DNA of 64,000 bases from Thermoplasmata archaeon (GTDB lineage: Archaea > Thermoplasmatota > Thermoplasmata > Lutacidiplasmatales > UBA184): contig JAKIVU010000001.1 in the NCBI GenBank assembly GCA_022750375.1, positions 30,695-94,694 of the forward strand. Reading direction: 5' to 3'. The stretch's first letter is position 1. Every line of letters begins with the position of its first letter. The position numbers and the translations under genes were made by a program. The notes under the pieces are model-generated. The model was not told the DNA's origin. It ran no database searches and worked only from the letters and a program-made list of their open reading frames with translations. Positions 8,785 through 17,323 of the stretch are shown here, one piece after another.

Positions 8785-8900
8785 TCGGGCCGTCCGACCC
8801 CTCCACAGAAGGGTGAACCGTCCGACGACGGAGCCGGTCCTCTGGTTCGACCTCGCGATCTAGGTATCTCCCGTTCAGCGTTCGGCGGGGATTGACGGAC

Positions 8901-9143
8901 TCACTCGTCGGGTTCTACCTTCATTCCGAGAATGTGCTTGGCGTGCCCCAGCATGACGAGAGCGCCGCCAACATCTCCGGTAGCAAAGGCTTGCTCGGCC
9001 TGAGCCAAGTATCGTCCGGCCGCCTGATACATTCGCTCCCATCCTCCGTCGTAGAGAACGGCATCGATTTTGGTCTCGAGCGTCACCATACGATGTTCGA
9101 ACTGCGTCCTTGGATCCTCGGTTTCGCGCCTCGACCGGACCAT
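8901..9143 (-). CDS. Small helical hypothetical protein (80 aa)
   Basis: GGGGAG upstream of ATG 9143; amphipathic helical sequence. Confidence 0.5.
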   Translation of the reverse strand: MVRSRRETEDPRTQFEHRMVTLETKIDAVLYDGGWERMYQAAGRYLAQAEQAFATGDVGGALVMLGHAKHILGMKVEPDE

Positions 9144-9240
9144 AGCTCCCCTGCTTCGGATATCGAGGGGCAACTTCAAAGAGATGTCGTTCGGCGACCC
9201 GTGCTGGACGGGCTCAGCCCGGCCGCCAGCGAGTCTAGAG

Positions 9241-9624
9241 TTACCGGGGCACTGGTTTGCCGCAGTAGGAGCAGAATCCACCGGCCATCTGGCCTCCAGC
9301 CCCGCACGACGGGCAAAATCGAGTTGAACCGCCGGATGGCGGCGGGGGAGGAGGAGCCGGCGACTGGTATTGCGGCGGCGCATACATCTGACGGTTCGCC
9401 TGAGCGGCGTTCATTGCAATCTGCTGTTGGAGGAGCATGTTGGTCTGCGCCTGTTGCTGACTCATCCTCTCGGCGTCCCCCCTCGCGGAGATCCCGGATG
9501 CGAGTAGAACGATTCCAATGATGAGTAACACAATTCCAAGCAAGATGCCGATAATAGTCACGAAGAAGACTATCCCGGCGAGCAGGAACAAAACTCCAAA
9601 GACGATTCGGACTATCCCTGCCAC
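9241..9624 (-). CDS. 2-TM membrane protein with Q/P-rich linker and C-terminal zinc ribbon
   Basis: Two TM helices, poly-Q/P stretch, FCPSCG...FCSYCG. Confidence 0.8.
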   Translation of the reverse strand: MAGIVRIVFGVLFLLAGIVFFVTIIGILLGIVLLIIGIVLLASGISARGDAERMSQQQAQTNMLLQQQIAMNAAQANRQMYAPPQYQSPAPPPPPPSGGSTRFCPSCGAGGQMAGGFCSYCGKPVPR

Positions 9625-10157
9625 GACTCCGCACCCTCGTCCCGGGTGATAATACCGTTGAGGAACCGTTCAGAGCCACCAGGTCGAATTCTCACGAGCC
9701 TCGAGAGCTCGAATCTCAGGGGCATTCGGGTGGACCGCGCAAGGCGCGAGGTCGAAGCACACCGAGCAGATGACCGGCCCGAATCTCGGGGGTCGAGGCA
9801 GAGTGGCCCTTCTCTCCTTCCCCGCCCAAGCCCTCTGGGCCTGCTCGGTATCGGACTTTCCCGATTCTTTCGGACGAGCAATACAGGTCCGAAGGCGTCC
9901 GGCGGTATGCATCTTACGCAGGTTCGCGGAAGCATTCCATCATTCAATCGGAAGTATTGCCGACGAACCGAGCCTCCGCTCTCTAAGCTGGCAGAATCGA
10001 TACCCCAGGGCTATTGTGAAGGAGGTTCGACCGCAGGGTGGCTCGGATAGCCGCTGCCCCGCATCGAGCGAACCAAAGCCTTAACGGCGCCAACAAGGAT
10101 AGGAGTCCAGCCCAGCCGGCCCGGGATCGAACGTTCCAGTGCGTGGGGGAGGTTCAG

Positions 10158-10427
10158 ATGCGCTCACCAAAACTCGCCTTTCTCATCGTATCGTGTATAG
10201 TTGTCAGCGTCGGCGTGGTGGTGTTCGTGGCGGCCTATCTCGCAGGCTGTGGGGGATCGCAGCAGACTGGCTGTCCTCCCCTAGGCTGTAACTCCGGCAC
10301 AACCGCCACTTGCGAAGCGCCACTCGTAGAGGCCGCCGGGGGCCTCCTCATCGCCTCCGGTTCCGCTATCGCCGTTTTGCTTACCGTAAGGGCGAACTGG
10401 CCACGACTCGCGCAACTCGACACCTGA
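10158..10427 (+). CDS. Small 2-TM protein with Cys-rich loop
   Basis: GGAGG RBS before ATG 10158; TM, 4 Cys, TM. Confidence 0.55.
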   Translation: MRSPKLAFLIVSCIVVSVGVVVFVAAYLAGCGGSQQTGCPPLGCNSGTTATCEAPLVEAAGGLLIASGSAIAVLLTVRANWPRLAQLDT

Positions 10428-10503
10428 TCGAATCAGAGTTCCACATAACACGATGTGCACCGGTAACCGGACGGCGATCTTTCAGTTTGGACCGGAGCGT
10501 CAG

Positions 10504-11925
10504 CTATGTGACGATCAAGGACCAAAACGTGAGATAAGTCTCACCGTTTGATTCGACGGCGTAGAGGGCCATGAGGTAGGTGCCAACGGCAAAACCCGAT
10601 GGCAGGCTCACTATCATCTTTGCATTTGGAAGGTAAAAGTAAGAATCTGCCTGCACAGTCGAGGATGCCGGTGAAAAGGAGACGTCACCGCAGGGGACAG
10701 AGCAGAAGTTGTATTGGTAGCTCACCGGAAAACCGTAGGAAGGGTCCGCCAACGGGTCTATCTCGGCGTCAATGACGCGAGGAGCAGTATTGCTAACCTG
10801 GACTGTAAATTCGCCGTTCCCAAACCACGTCCCGACCCACGAAGCGAAGTTTTCGTTGGAGATATTCACTTCATTGTATGGACTGTTCCAGAATGATTCA
10901 TACTGGCCCGGGAAGCCTGTCGGCGGGCTGACGCTGTATGTCGTCCAAGAAATTTGGTAGGCAGCTGAGGGAGGCGTTTGCGCGACGATTGACGTGTGTA
11001 AGTTAAACGCAGGCCATGCCTCAACAGGATTATTCCCATAATCCTCTTCGTAATCTGTAAAATCGTCCCAGGCAACGATGGGATTCCAGCACTCCTGTGT
11101 ATAGTCTGCCAACACGAAACTCGTTCCCCCGGTGTACCAGGTTCCTGATCCGATAACCGTGCCCGCACCATTGGGACCCTGAACCTGGAAGGAAACTGTG
11201 CCGCCAGAGATCGACATAGTAAACCGGTATGACTCAGAATATGCGAGTGGGCCGTACGAGAAGGAGTAGTACGTTGTAGCGCAACTCCACCACCCCACCA
11301 CGCCGAACGAGAAATATGCGCACCAGTTGCCCGTGTTGTAGCACGGACTCGAGGTCTGACTAACCGACCACTGACCGCCCTGGCTTCCCGCGCCGACGAT
11401 TCCCATCTGGTCGTAGACGTATCCATTGTCGAAAACCGAGGCGCCAATGAAAACCGTGTCACCTTCGGACGAGCTTTGTGGGGTCGTTATGTTAAAAGTC
11501 AGTTTTGTCACGTAGAAGGCCATACCGTGACTATCAAGCGACCCGAACTTCCAGTCACCAGGGCCGCCACCCGAGGTCACGGCGGACTGGCCAAGAAGAT
11601 GCGATGTGGCGGGTCCGGAGAATCTCGGCGGACCAGAATAGGCGGGAGCGACGACCGACGGACCTGTCTCGTTGTCTCCTCCATCGGCCATGGCGGTCTC
11701 CTTTCCGTGATCCAGAACTGAGGAGTTCGTTTCGAGATTTACGCGGTCAAGAGTAGAGGACTTCTCGATCCCGGAATCTGTATGGTCCGCCGAAGGAATT
11801 TGGACCGGAAAATCCCGTGCATTGCTCGCCTCGCCGTAGCCGCTACTGACGACGAAAAGCACCGCGAGCGAACAAATGGAGAGGCCCACAACTAGGGAAC
11901 GGTGCGACTTCGAACGAGCCGCCAC
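10504..11925 (-). CDS. Secreted beta-rich surface protein (possible G1-peptidase/ConA-like fold)
   Basis: Signal peptide, low-complexity pro-region, aromatic/S/T/G-rich mature domain (FIGASVFDNGYVYDQMGI). Confidence 0.7.
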   Translation of the reverse strand: MAARSKSHRSLVVGLSICSLAVLFVVSSGYGEASNARDFPVQIPSADHTDSGIEKSSTLDRVNLETNSSVLDHGKETAMADGGDNETGPSVVAPAYSGPPRFSGPATSHLLGQSAVTSGGGPGDWKFGSLDSHGMAFYVTKLTFNITTPQSSSEGDTVFIGASVFDNGYVYDQMGIVGAGSQGGQWSVSQTSSPCYNTGNWCAYFSFGVVGWWSCATTYYSFSYGPLAYSESYRFTMSISGGTVSFQVQGPNGAGTVIGSGTWYTGGTSFVLADYTQECWNPIVAWDDFTDYEEDYGNNPVEAWPAFNLHTSIVAQTPPSAAYQISWTTYSVSPPTGFPGQYESFWNSPYNEVNISNENFASWVGTWFGNGEFTVQVSNTAPRVIDAEIDPLADPSYGFPVSYQYNFCSVPCGDVSFSPASSTVQADSYFYLPNAKMIVSLPSGFAVGTYLMALYAVESNGETYLTFWSLIVT

Positions 11926-12255
11926 CTGTTGGCATAGGCCTTTCGTCTATTTCAACCAATGACGAAGGGGCCGATTTTCAACGGTCTGGAGCGAAGTTCA
12001 GATACGTATGGAGTCGTGGGCACTTGACCGAGGTGGCCTTCGAGTTCGAGATCGCGGTTCGGCTTTCTTCGGAATAACAGCGCGACACCCAAACGCGGAC
12101 TGGGCATCAAAGAGCGCCACAGAAAGGCCCCGGACAGAGGTCACCGGTTTGAGTCAGGTTTAAGCGCCTTTGTGGGCTCCGAGAAGAATCCGGTTGTTGG
12201 GTACGGGACACCGTGCGGAACGGGGTTTAAGAACTCTATGGAGCAACAGTACCGC

Positions 12256-12783
12256 ATGGAGTTCGCGGCGGGGTTGCATGCCCAAGAAGTGCAACGCATC
12301 TCCGCGGGCGATGCAATACGCGCCGTGCTCATCTGCCCCGACGGCGAGCAGGACGGTCGGCTGACGTTCGGCGCGCCTATTCCTGGGCGGACGAGATTGA
12401 TGAAGGAGCTATTTCTGGTGTCTCGGGAAACAGAGGTGGGCCAGGCTGGGGCATTCGGATTCGAGTTCACTCCGGGCCCTTACGGTCCCTCCTCAGTGGA
12501 GGTCCAGCATGAACTGGACCGATTGACGACCATAGGCGACGTGCTCCAGGACCCACTCGAGCGTGGGGACGGGACACTCGTTCGAATCTCCGAGAGGGGG
12601 TACGAGTGGGCCAGATCTATCTGGTCGGCGCTCCCTCCTGAAACGGCGCGTGGGTTCTACTCGATCAAATCTAGATTCAATCAGGTTCCGTATGCCGCGC
12701 TGATGTTCTACGTTTACTCTGCCTACGCAGAATTCACTGCGAATTCGAGGATCCGAGAAGAGGTCCTGGGCCCTCACGCATGA
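12256..12783 (+). CDS. Panacea/SocA (DUF4065)-like antitoxin
   Basis: GRTRLMKELFL...FEFTPGPYGPSS...LMFYVYSAY matches the KLxY/F...YGP signature; TTTAAG ~25 nt upstream of ATG 12256 (alternative start 12238). Confidence 0.7.
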   Translation: MEFAAGLHAQEVQRISAGDAIRAVLICPDGEQDGRLTFGAPIPGRTRLMKELFLVSRETEVGQAGAFGFEFTPGPYGPSSVEVQHELDRLTTIGDVLQDPLERGDGTLVRISERGYEWARSIWSALPPETARGFYSIKSRFNQVPYAALMFYVYSAYAEFTANSRIREEVLGPHA

Positions 12784-13553
12784 CACCCCCCGACCCCGCG
12801 CTCGTCGGCGCGTTGGTCGTCGCGGCAATCGGAGTATCGGCCGACATCTATTTCCTAGGGGGTGCGAAGTTCGCCCGACAATACGAGAAGGAGAGCGAGG
12901 AGTTCTACAAGGAGAATCATCAGGTTTGCCGAGACATGGACGAACTCGCTGGCGTCAGCTTCACGAGGGCGTTGATTACTTCCGAACTTTGGAGAATCGG
13001 AACCGTGGGGACACCGGTTGGCGATCCGTCCGATGAAGAAACGAGGATTCAGGCCCTCGAGGTTAGAATTCGGCAAAGCTCAGGGAAGGTGCGGACCGAC
13101 TTGGACAATCTAACGACTCAGTTCCGGACCAGGACCGGGAACAAAGAGAAACTTGAGAAGCTGCTCTCGTTGTACGAGAAGTGCGCCGGATTGACGAAGA
13201 AGGCCTGGGCATCCTTCGCGATTCTGATCTCCGCCCTCGCAATCATGTTTGCGTGGTACGTTTCCATTCCGAATGGTGTGAATTCAACCTGGTTCGTCCT
13301 CTTGGGGTTGGCGGCATTCGTCGCGGGAGCGGTCACATTCGATGCGGCAACGGATTGGCAGCGTGACAGCGCTGCTCTAAAGAAGTGTAAGACCGAAATT
13401 AAGACAACCATTCGCACGAAGATTCACTTCCCGGAGTCAGACGTGGCGGGCCTTCAAGCACCACCTGCCGCGCCAAGGCCCGCGCCTGTGGGCGCCGTGG
13501 GACCGGCGATGGGACCGACCCCCGATTCTGGAGCCGGGAAAACCGGGCACTAG
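12780..13553 (+). CDS. Membrane protein (N-terminal TM, coiled region, C-terminal TM hairpin); candidate toxin
   Basis: ATGA overlap with the antitoxin-like gene; TM pattern. Confidence 0.7.
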   Translation: MTPPDPALVGALVVAAIGVSADIYFLGGAKFARQYEKESEEFYKENHQVCRDMDELAGVSFTRALITSELWRIGTVGTPVGDPSDEETRIQALEVRIRQSSGKVRTDLDNLTTQFRTRTGNKEKLEKLLSLYEKCAGLTKKAWASFAILISALAIMFAWYVSIPNGVNSTWFVLLGLAAFVAGAVTFDAATDWQRDSAALKKCKTEIKTTIRTKIHFPESDVAGLQAPPAAPRPAPVGAVGPAMGPTPDSGAGKTGH

Positions 13554-13651
13554 GTCGGGAAGGTCAATCCCTCCCGCCGATCGACGCCTATCAGTTCTCG
13601 AGGCGCCAATTCAATCATGGCGGCGATTCACTTTAGGACTGCGAAAGCGAG

Positions 13652-13672
13652 ACTAAGCTAAGCTACAGGCCC
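13652..13672 (-). pseudogene. 5' fragment of a tRNA gene (candidate att junction)
   Basis: GGGCCTG-TA-GCTT-AGCTTAGT is an acceptor-5'/D-arm start, preceded ~23 nt upstream by GAAGGGA-TTAAGG; no anticodon arm, T-arm or 3' acceptor strand follows. Confidence 0.6.
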
Positions 13673-14292
13673 GATTCCCGGACGGGCGACCGTTCCTTAA
13701 TCCCTTCTGCCCTCGACGGGCGCGGCGGGCTGCCGGCGGACGCGATGAGGTGCGCGAGGCGGAGTGGCTCGGGCCAGTATCCGCGGACCGTCGTACGCTG
13801 GACGAGCCTCGTCGCGTCGGTCGCGCGGCACCCCACGGCCGCGGCGAGGATCGGCTGCTCTCCCGTCGGGACACGAAACAGCCGATGAGCGCGGAGCAGC
13901 TTCCAGCGACGATCGGCGTCCGTCCCGAACCAGGTCCGAAGCGCGGCGTGGATGCGGGGAAAATCCGGGGGCCGTCGCGTGACCGCGACGACCGGGATCC
14001 CCAGCGCTTCGTGGAGTCGGTCGAGGTCGAGCACGTTGAACCCGCCGACCACCGCCCCATCGACGAGCAGGGCCCGGATCCCGTCGATCGCCGAGGTCGA
14101 CCGCACGAGCGCGACGACCGCTTCCGTGCCGTCCGTCCCGTCCACGCGGACCCGGGAGCGCCGCACCGCCTCGACGTAGGAGGGACTCGATACGACCACG
14201 GCGGCGATCGGCGCGAACGCCTCGCCTCGTCCGAACGCGCCGTCGTCGACCCCGACCACGCGGGGATGATCCTTCGCGAGGGACCGCCTCAA
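13663..14292 (-). CDS. DUF99 family (endonuclease V-like) protein
   Basis: VVGVDDG, VDGTDGT, GGFNVLD, PEPLRLAHLIA motifs; TTG start inferred. Confidence 0.85.
   Translation of the reverse strand: MRRSLAKDHPRVVGVDDGAFGRGEAFAPIAAVVVSSPSYVEAVRRSRVRVDGTDGTEAVVALVRSTSAIDGIRALLVDGAVVGGFNVLDLDRLHEALGIPVVAVTRRPPDFPRIHAALRTWFGTDADRRWKLLRAHRLFRVPTGEQPILAAAVGCRATDATRLVQRTTVRGYWPEPLRLAHLIASAGSPPRPSRAEGIKERSPVRESGL
13693..13708 (-). promoter_or_regulatory. BRE/TATA-like promoter of the tRNA fragment
   Basis: AGAAGGGATTAAGGAA on the minus strand at promoter-like spacing from the GGG start. Confidence 0.5.
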
Positions 14293-14325
14293 GGCTAAGA
14301 CAGGGGCGGAGCTTGGTCGGGGCGC

Positions 14326-15249
14326 ATGGCGGGAACGACGGTGGCGGTCCGCTGCCCGGTCTGCGGGGCCGACCTTCGGGTCTCCCTCGCGGCGCAGCCT
14401 CCGACGCAGTGGTTTCCTTGCCCGCAATGCCATAGTCCCGTCCCCGTGGTCGTTCCCCGCGACCCGCCGCCGCTCTACAGCTGGGAAGTCCTTCAGGGAC
14501 TATATCCCCCGCTGACCCGCCCGCGCGTACCGAAATGGAGGGCGCGTCGTGCGGTCGCGGCGGCCCTGATCGTCGTCACCGTCCTCGCGGCCGGTCTCGC
14601 CGCCGTCCTCGTCTACGAGGGGTACGACGCGAGCCGGCCCTCCTCGTTCACCGTCGACGGGACCGTGGACCATCAGGTCGGGGGGATCCCGCAACCGTTG
14701 GACGGGGCGAAAGTGGTGCTGACGAACGACGGCAACCACGCGAGCGAGGTGTTCACCGTGCTCGACGGCACATTCGCGTTCTCGAACGTTCCACCGGGCG
14801 GGGTCACCCTGAACGTCACGGCGGCGGGATTCGCCCCGCTCACGGTCACGACGTTCGTGTCGGTCGTCTACCTGACCCAGGCGACCGGACTCCAGATCGT
14901 GCTCTCCCCCGGCGGACCGGACAACTCGTCCACGGTGGCGCTGGCTCCGTTCCCCGACCTCGAACAGTTCCTCGCGTCGGTCGGCAGCGGAGCGGTGCTG
15001 CTCGGCATCATCGCGCTCGTCGCCGGGTTCGCGGCGGTCGCCACGTTCCGCGACGACCGGCCGGCGATCGGGGTGGTCGGCGGCGCGGCCGGACTGGTCG
15101 CCCCGCTCGTGTTGTTTTACCTCAGCCTTTCCGCCGTCTTCCCTCTCCTGGAAGGGCTGAGCGCAATCCTCGCGGCGGCCGGGTCGTTCACGCTCGCGCT
15201 GCGCGCCATCCAGCTGGCGCAGACGGGTCCGGCGCCCGATTTCGACTAG
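14326..15249 (+). CDS. Membrane protein with N-terminal Zn finger and carboxypeptidase-regulatory-like domain
   Basis: CPVC..CPQC, TM, DGTFAFSNVPPG, 3 C-terminal TMs. Confidence 0.75.
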   Translation: MAGTTVAVRCPVCGADLRVSLAAQPPTQWFPCPQCHSPVPVVVPRDPPPLYSWEVLQGLYPPLTRPRVPKWRARRAVAAALIVVTVLAAGLAAVLVYEGYDASRPSSFTVDGTVDHQVGGIPQPLDGAKVVLTNDGNHASEVFTVLDGTFAFSNVPPGGVTLNVTAAGFAPLTVTTFVSVVYLTQATGLQIVLSPGGPDNSSTVALAPFPDLEQFLASVGSGAVLLGIIALVAGFAAVATFRDDRPAIGVVGGAAGLVAPLVLFYLSLSAVFPLLEGLSAILAAAGSFTLALRAIQLAQTGPAPDFD

Positions 15250-15755
15250 GGCACGCCGCGGGCCGCCGAGCCACGGGGGCTCGGATTCGCCCGGCGGGGC
15301 GGTTCGGCGATCGGCCGCCGCGTCGCGAACGACCCGGTGAGCGGATGATAGAATGCGACGAGGGGTTCTCCCCGTTGCCAGCAGAGGAAGACGACCTCGC
15401 CGTTCTGGAGCCCGTAGAAGTCGACGAGCCCGCTCTCCAGGTCCTTCACCTCGATCGCCTCCTTGCGCAGTCCCGCGACCGCCTCTTCGAGCCGGCGGGT
15501 GAGATTCTGCCACTCGGCGTCGAGCCGCTGCTTCAACGCGTGGTCCGCATGGTCCGGCGCATCGACGTCGTTCCCCCAGAATGCGGTCAATCGGTGCGTC
15601 TCGTCGTGCACCTCCCGGAGACGGACCACCCATCCCCGGAGACGTGGAAGGAGTTCCTCGAGCTCCGCGACCCGAGCGTTCGCTTCCTCGGCCGTCCACA
15701 GTCGAGGAGGGTCGGGGAGATCGTCGGTCGTGCGGACACCCCCGGAATGCGCCAT
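15246..15755 (-). CDS. DUF2203 family protein
   Basis: TAEEAN, VKDLESGLVDF, FLCWQRGE motifs. Confidence 0.85.
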   Translation of the reverse strand: MAHSGGVRTTDDLPDPPRLWTAEEANARVAELEELLPRLRGWVVRLREVHDETHRLTAFWGNDVDAPDHADHALKQRLDAEWQNLTRRLEEAVAGLRKEAIEVKDLESGLVDFYGLQNGEVVFLCWQRGEPLVAFYHPLTGSFATRRPIAEPPRRANPSPRGSAARGVP

Positions 15756-15839
15756 CGTTCCCTTTCCTCACCTATACCATGCCGGCACCCTATTTACAGG
15801 GATGATGGGGTCGAGGTAACCGCGCAGCGTCGAGCCCCG

Positions 15840-17081
15840 CTAAGTAGGACCGAGCGGGACCCGCGTGGCGGACCACCCGCGCGAGCGGTACGCGGCTTCC
15901 ACCGCATCGCCGTGGGCCGCGTCGCGGACCTCGAGCTCCAGCTCCACGGTGACCTCGCCGGGGGGGAGGTCCGGCGACTCCCGTCCGTGAATGATGTGCC
16001 GCACGTTGGCGCCCTCGCGGGCGGCGACCGAGAGGAACTCCTCGAGCCGGCCGGGCACATCCCGCAACGGCGCGCGGAGCCGCAGGAGTCGTCCCTCCGC
16101 GGCCAATCCGATGAACAGGATCCGGTCGAGGAGGAAGGGGTCGAGGTTGCCTCCGCTCACGACGAGGACGACCGGGCCGTCGTTCGCGAGCTCGGGGTGC
16201 TCGAGCAGGAGCGCGAGCGGCGTCGCGCCGGCGCCCTCGGCCAGGACCTTTGCCTGCTCGAGCAGGAGGAACGAAGCGCGGGCGATCGTTCGGTCGTCCA
16301 CGCTGAACGCCCGGGCGCCCGCCGCCTTCAGGATCCGGAACGGCAGGTCGCCGATCTGACGCGTCGCGAGACCGTCCGCGAAGGTCGACGGACGCCCTCC
16401 CCGGATGACCCGACCTTCGGCGAGCGACGGGCGGAGGTTGTCCGCGCCCTTCGGCTGCACCCCCACGAGGTCGGCCGTGCTGCCCCGCCCGCGCACGGCC
16501 GCGGCGATACCGGCGAACAGACCGCCTCCGCCGACTCCGACGATGATGCGTCGCACGTTCGGCAACTCGTCGAGGATCTCGAGGCCGACCGTTCCTTGGC
16601 CCGCCACGACGAACGGGTCGTCGTACGGATGCACGTACGTGAGGTGTTCCTCGGCAGCGATCCGCAAGGAGTGCTCGTGCGCCTCGTCGTAGTCGCTCCC
16701 CTCCAGGATCACCCTCGCTCCGAGCGCCTTGGTGAGACTGACCTTCAACGGCGACGCGTTCTTGGCCATCACGATCGTAGCGGGCACCCCGCGCGCGCGC
16801 GCGGCCCACGCCACGCCTTGCGAATGATTCCCCGCGGAGGCGGTGACCACCCCTCGTTTCGCCTCCTCGGGAGTCAGCTGGGCGATCCGGTTCGTCGCGC
16901 CGCGCAACTTGAACGCCCCGGTCCGTTGCAGGTTCTCGAGCTTGAGGTAGATCGGGGTGTCGGGCAGCCCCGGAAAACGCGGGGCCTCGATCAACGGGGT
17001 CCGCACGACCTTTCCCGCGATGGTTCGCGCCGCCGCTTCCACGTCGGCGAGCGAGATCCGGAGTTCGGTCGACGTGGTCAT
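15840..17081 (-). CDS. ilvA: Threonine dehydratase with C-terminal ACT domain
   Basis: KLENLQRTGAFKLRG, SAGNH, GGGGL, SGGNLD. Confidence 0.93.
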   Translation of the reverse strand: MTTSTELRISLADVEAAARTIAGKVVRTPLIEAPRFPGLPDTPIYLKLENLQRTGAFKLRGATNRIAQLTPEEAKRGVVTASAGNHSQGVAWAARARGVPATIVMAKNASPLKVSLTKALGARVILEGSDYDEAHEHSLRIAAEEHLTYVHPYDDPFVVAGQGTVGLEILDELPNVRRIIVGVGGGGLFAGIAAAVRGRGSTADLVGVQPKGADNLRPSLAEGRVIRGGRPSTFADGLATRQIGDLPFRILKAAGARAFSVDDRTIARASFLLLEQAKVLAEGAGATPLALLLEHPELANDGPVVLVVSGGNLDPFLLDRILFIGLAAEGRLLRLRAPLRDVPGRLEEFLSVAAREGANVRHIIHGRESPDLPPGEVTVELELEVRDAAHGDAVEAAYRSRGWSATRVPLGPT

Positions 17082-17261
17082 GGTCACTTCCCGCCGCGCC
17101 ACCCTCCCGCGACCCTTAATCATTCCCGTGACAGCGGGGCCCGGAACGGCCGGTTGCCCGCGGGCGTTTCTCTACGCGCGCGTTCGAGCGACGCGCCGTC
17201 GCGCGGTCGCATTTCCCTCGAAAATGCGCGATTCTCTCGCCGGTCGCCGGCGTTTCTCGGC

Positions 17262-17274
17262 AGGTCTTATATAG
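17262..17274 (+). promoter_or_regulatory. TATA box of the r-protein superoperon
   Basis: CTTATATAG ~55 nt upstream of rpl3. Confidence 0.6.
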
Positions 17275-17323
17275 GGTACGTTTCTCCCCCGACTCCACCG
17301 GAGGCAGGACCCCCTATCGACCT

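Larger units (their letters stand above)
1..13655. mobile_element. Integrated accessory element (genomic island), left end outside the window
   Basis: Serine recombinase at the left edge, dense orphan ORFs on both strands, TA-like and nuclease genes, more A/T at third codon positions than the 14-64 kb core, and an abrupt switch to housekeeping genes at a tRNA-like fragment (~13672). Confidence 0.85.

Noticed and set aside
8367-9310. Template/variable repeat pair of a diversity-generating retroelement
   Set aside because: Mismatches are synonymous-biased rather than adenine-specific, and no reverse transcriptase is present in the window
9670-9912. Small ORF with a CxxC..C..H motif
   Set aside because: Short, no clear RBS, several competing frames; insufficient support
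13550-13672. Complete (intron-containing) tRNA at the island boundary
   Set aside because: No valid 7-nt anticodon loop, TTCRA T-loop or CAGGCCC acceptor strand found downstream
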